A stretch of DNA of 64,000 bases from Camelus ferus (Eukaryota). Within the stretch, counting starts at the first letter, position 1; each line of letters starts with the position of its first letter. The position numbers were made by a program, and so were the translations under genes. Shown here in pieces: positions 63,583 through 64,000 of this stretch. The notes beneath the pieces are model-generated. The model made no database searches and was not told where the DNA came from. It saw nothing but the letters and a program-made list of their open reading frames with translations. Location: positions 57,476,001 to 57,540,000 of the forward strand of contig NC_045707.1 in assembly GCF_009834535.1 (NCBI RefSeq). Reading direction: 5' to 3'.

Positions 63583-64000
63583 CTAGACACCAGAGAAAGA
63601 GTGGTTGAGTAAATGGATGGGGTGGAGATTCTTCTTATAAGGGGAACTATACTGTTACAGTGAAAAATAATACTGAATTCAACAAATGTGAAATAGCTAA
63701 GTTAGAGGCACAGAATTTGCCATGTATATAAATGATTTTCTATCATTTCAAACATAAGATTTGCTAAAGTCCCGTGGCTTTTTGTAGCTTCCAGTTAAAA
63801 AAAACTTGTCATTAAATACCAAGTGTTCATATGTTCTTTCTTGCTGTGATTATAAAAAGTGGCAGATGACTTAAATGTGTTTGCGTTTCCTTTTTCCTGT
63901 TGGCATAATTGAGTAATTTTTCTTATACTTTTCTTGTTAGAATGACTGTTGGAATGCAGATGTTAAATTTACTTTCAAAAGCTCTGAGTGAGCATATCAA

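Overview
Mammalian genomic DNA, very likely a camelid (two tRNA-derived SINEs resembling camelid Vic-1). It covers the myogenic regulatory factor locus, with all genes on the minus strand: the last two coding exons and 3' UTR of PTPRQ (~62.3-63.6 kb), a complete intact 3-exon MYF6/MRF4 (242 aa, 36236-37498) and 3-exon MYF5 (25767-27803). As written, MYF5 exon 1 has a +1 insertion (502 coding nt where 501 keeps frame; extra T at 27645-27646). This shifts the frame before the bHLH and gives a premature stop. An assembly error is more likely than a real null allele, but it is the main anomaly in the window. Recognisable regulatory sites include the MYF6 TATA/MEF2 overlap, the variant GLI site of the Myf5 early epaxial enhancer, a strong CTCF-like motif between the genes, and a miR-31 8mer in the MYF5 3' UTR next to two Pumilio elements. 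The flanks are dense in old L1/L2/MIR/MaLR/DNA-transposon remnants, plus younger insertions with target-site duplications (two SINEs, two L1s, a CpG-rich solo LTR). Repeat family names and boundaries are from recall, not a search. I found no evidence of a new protein-coding system; the remaining leads are regulatory hypotheses.
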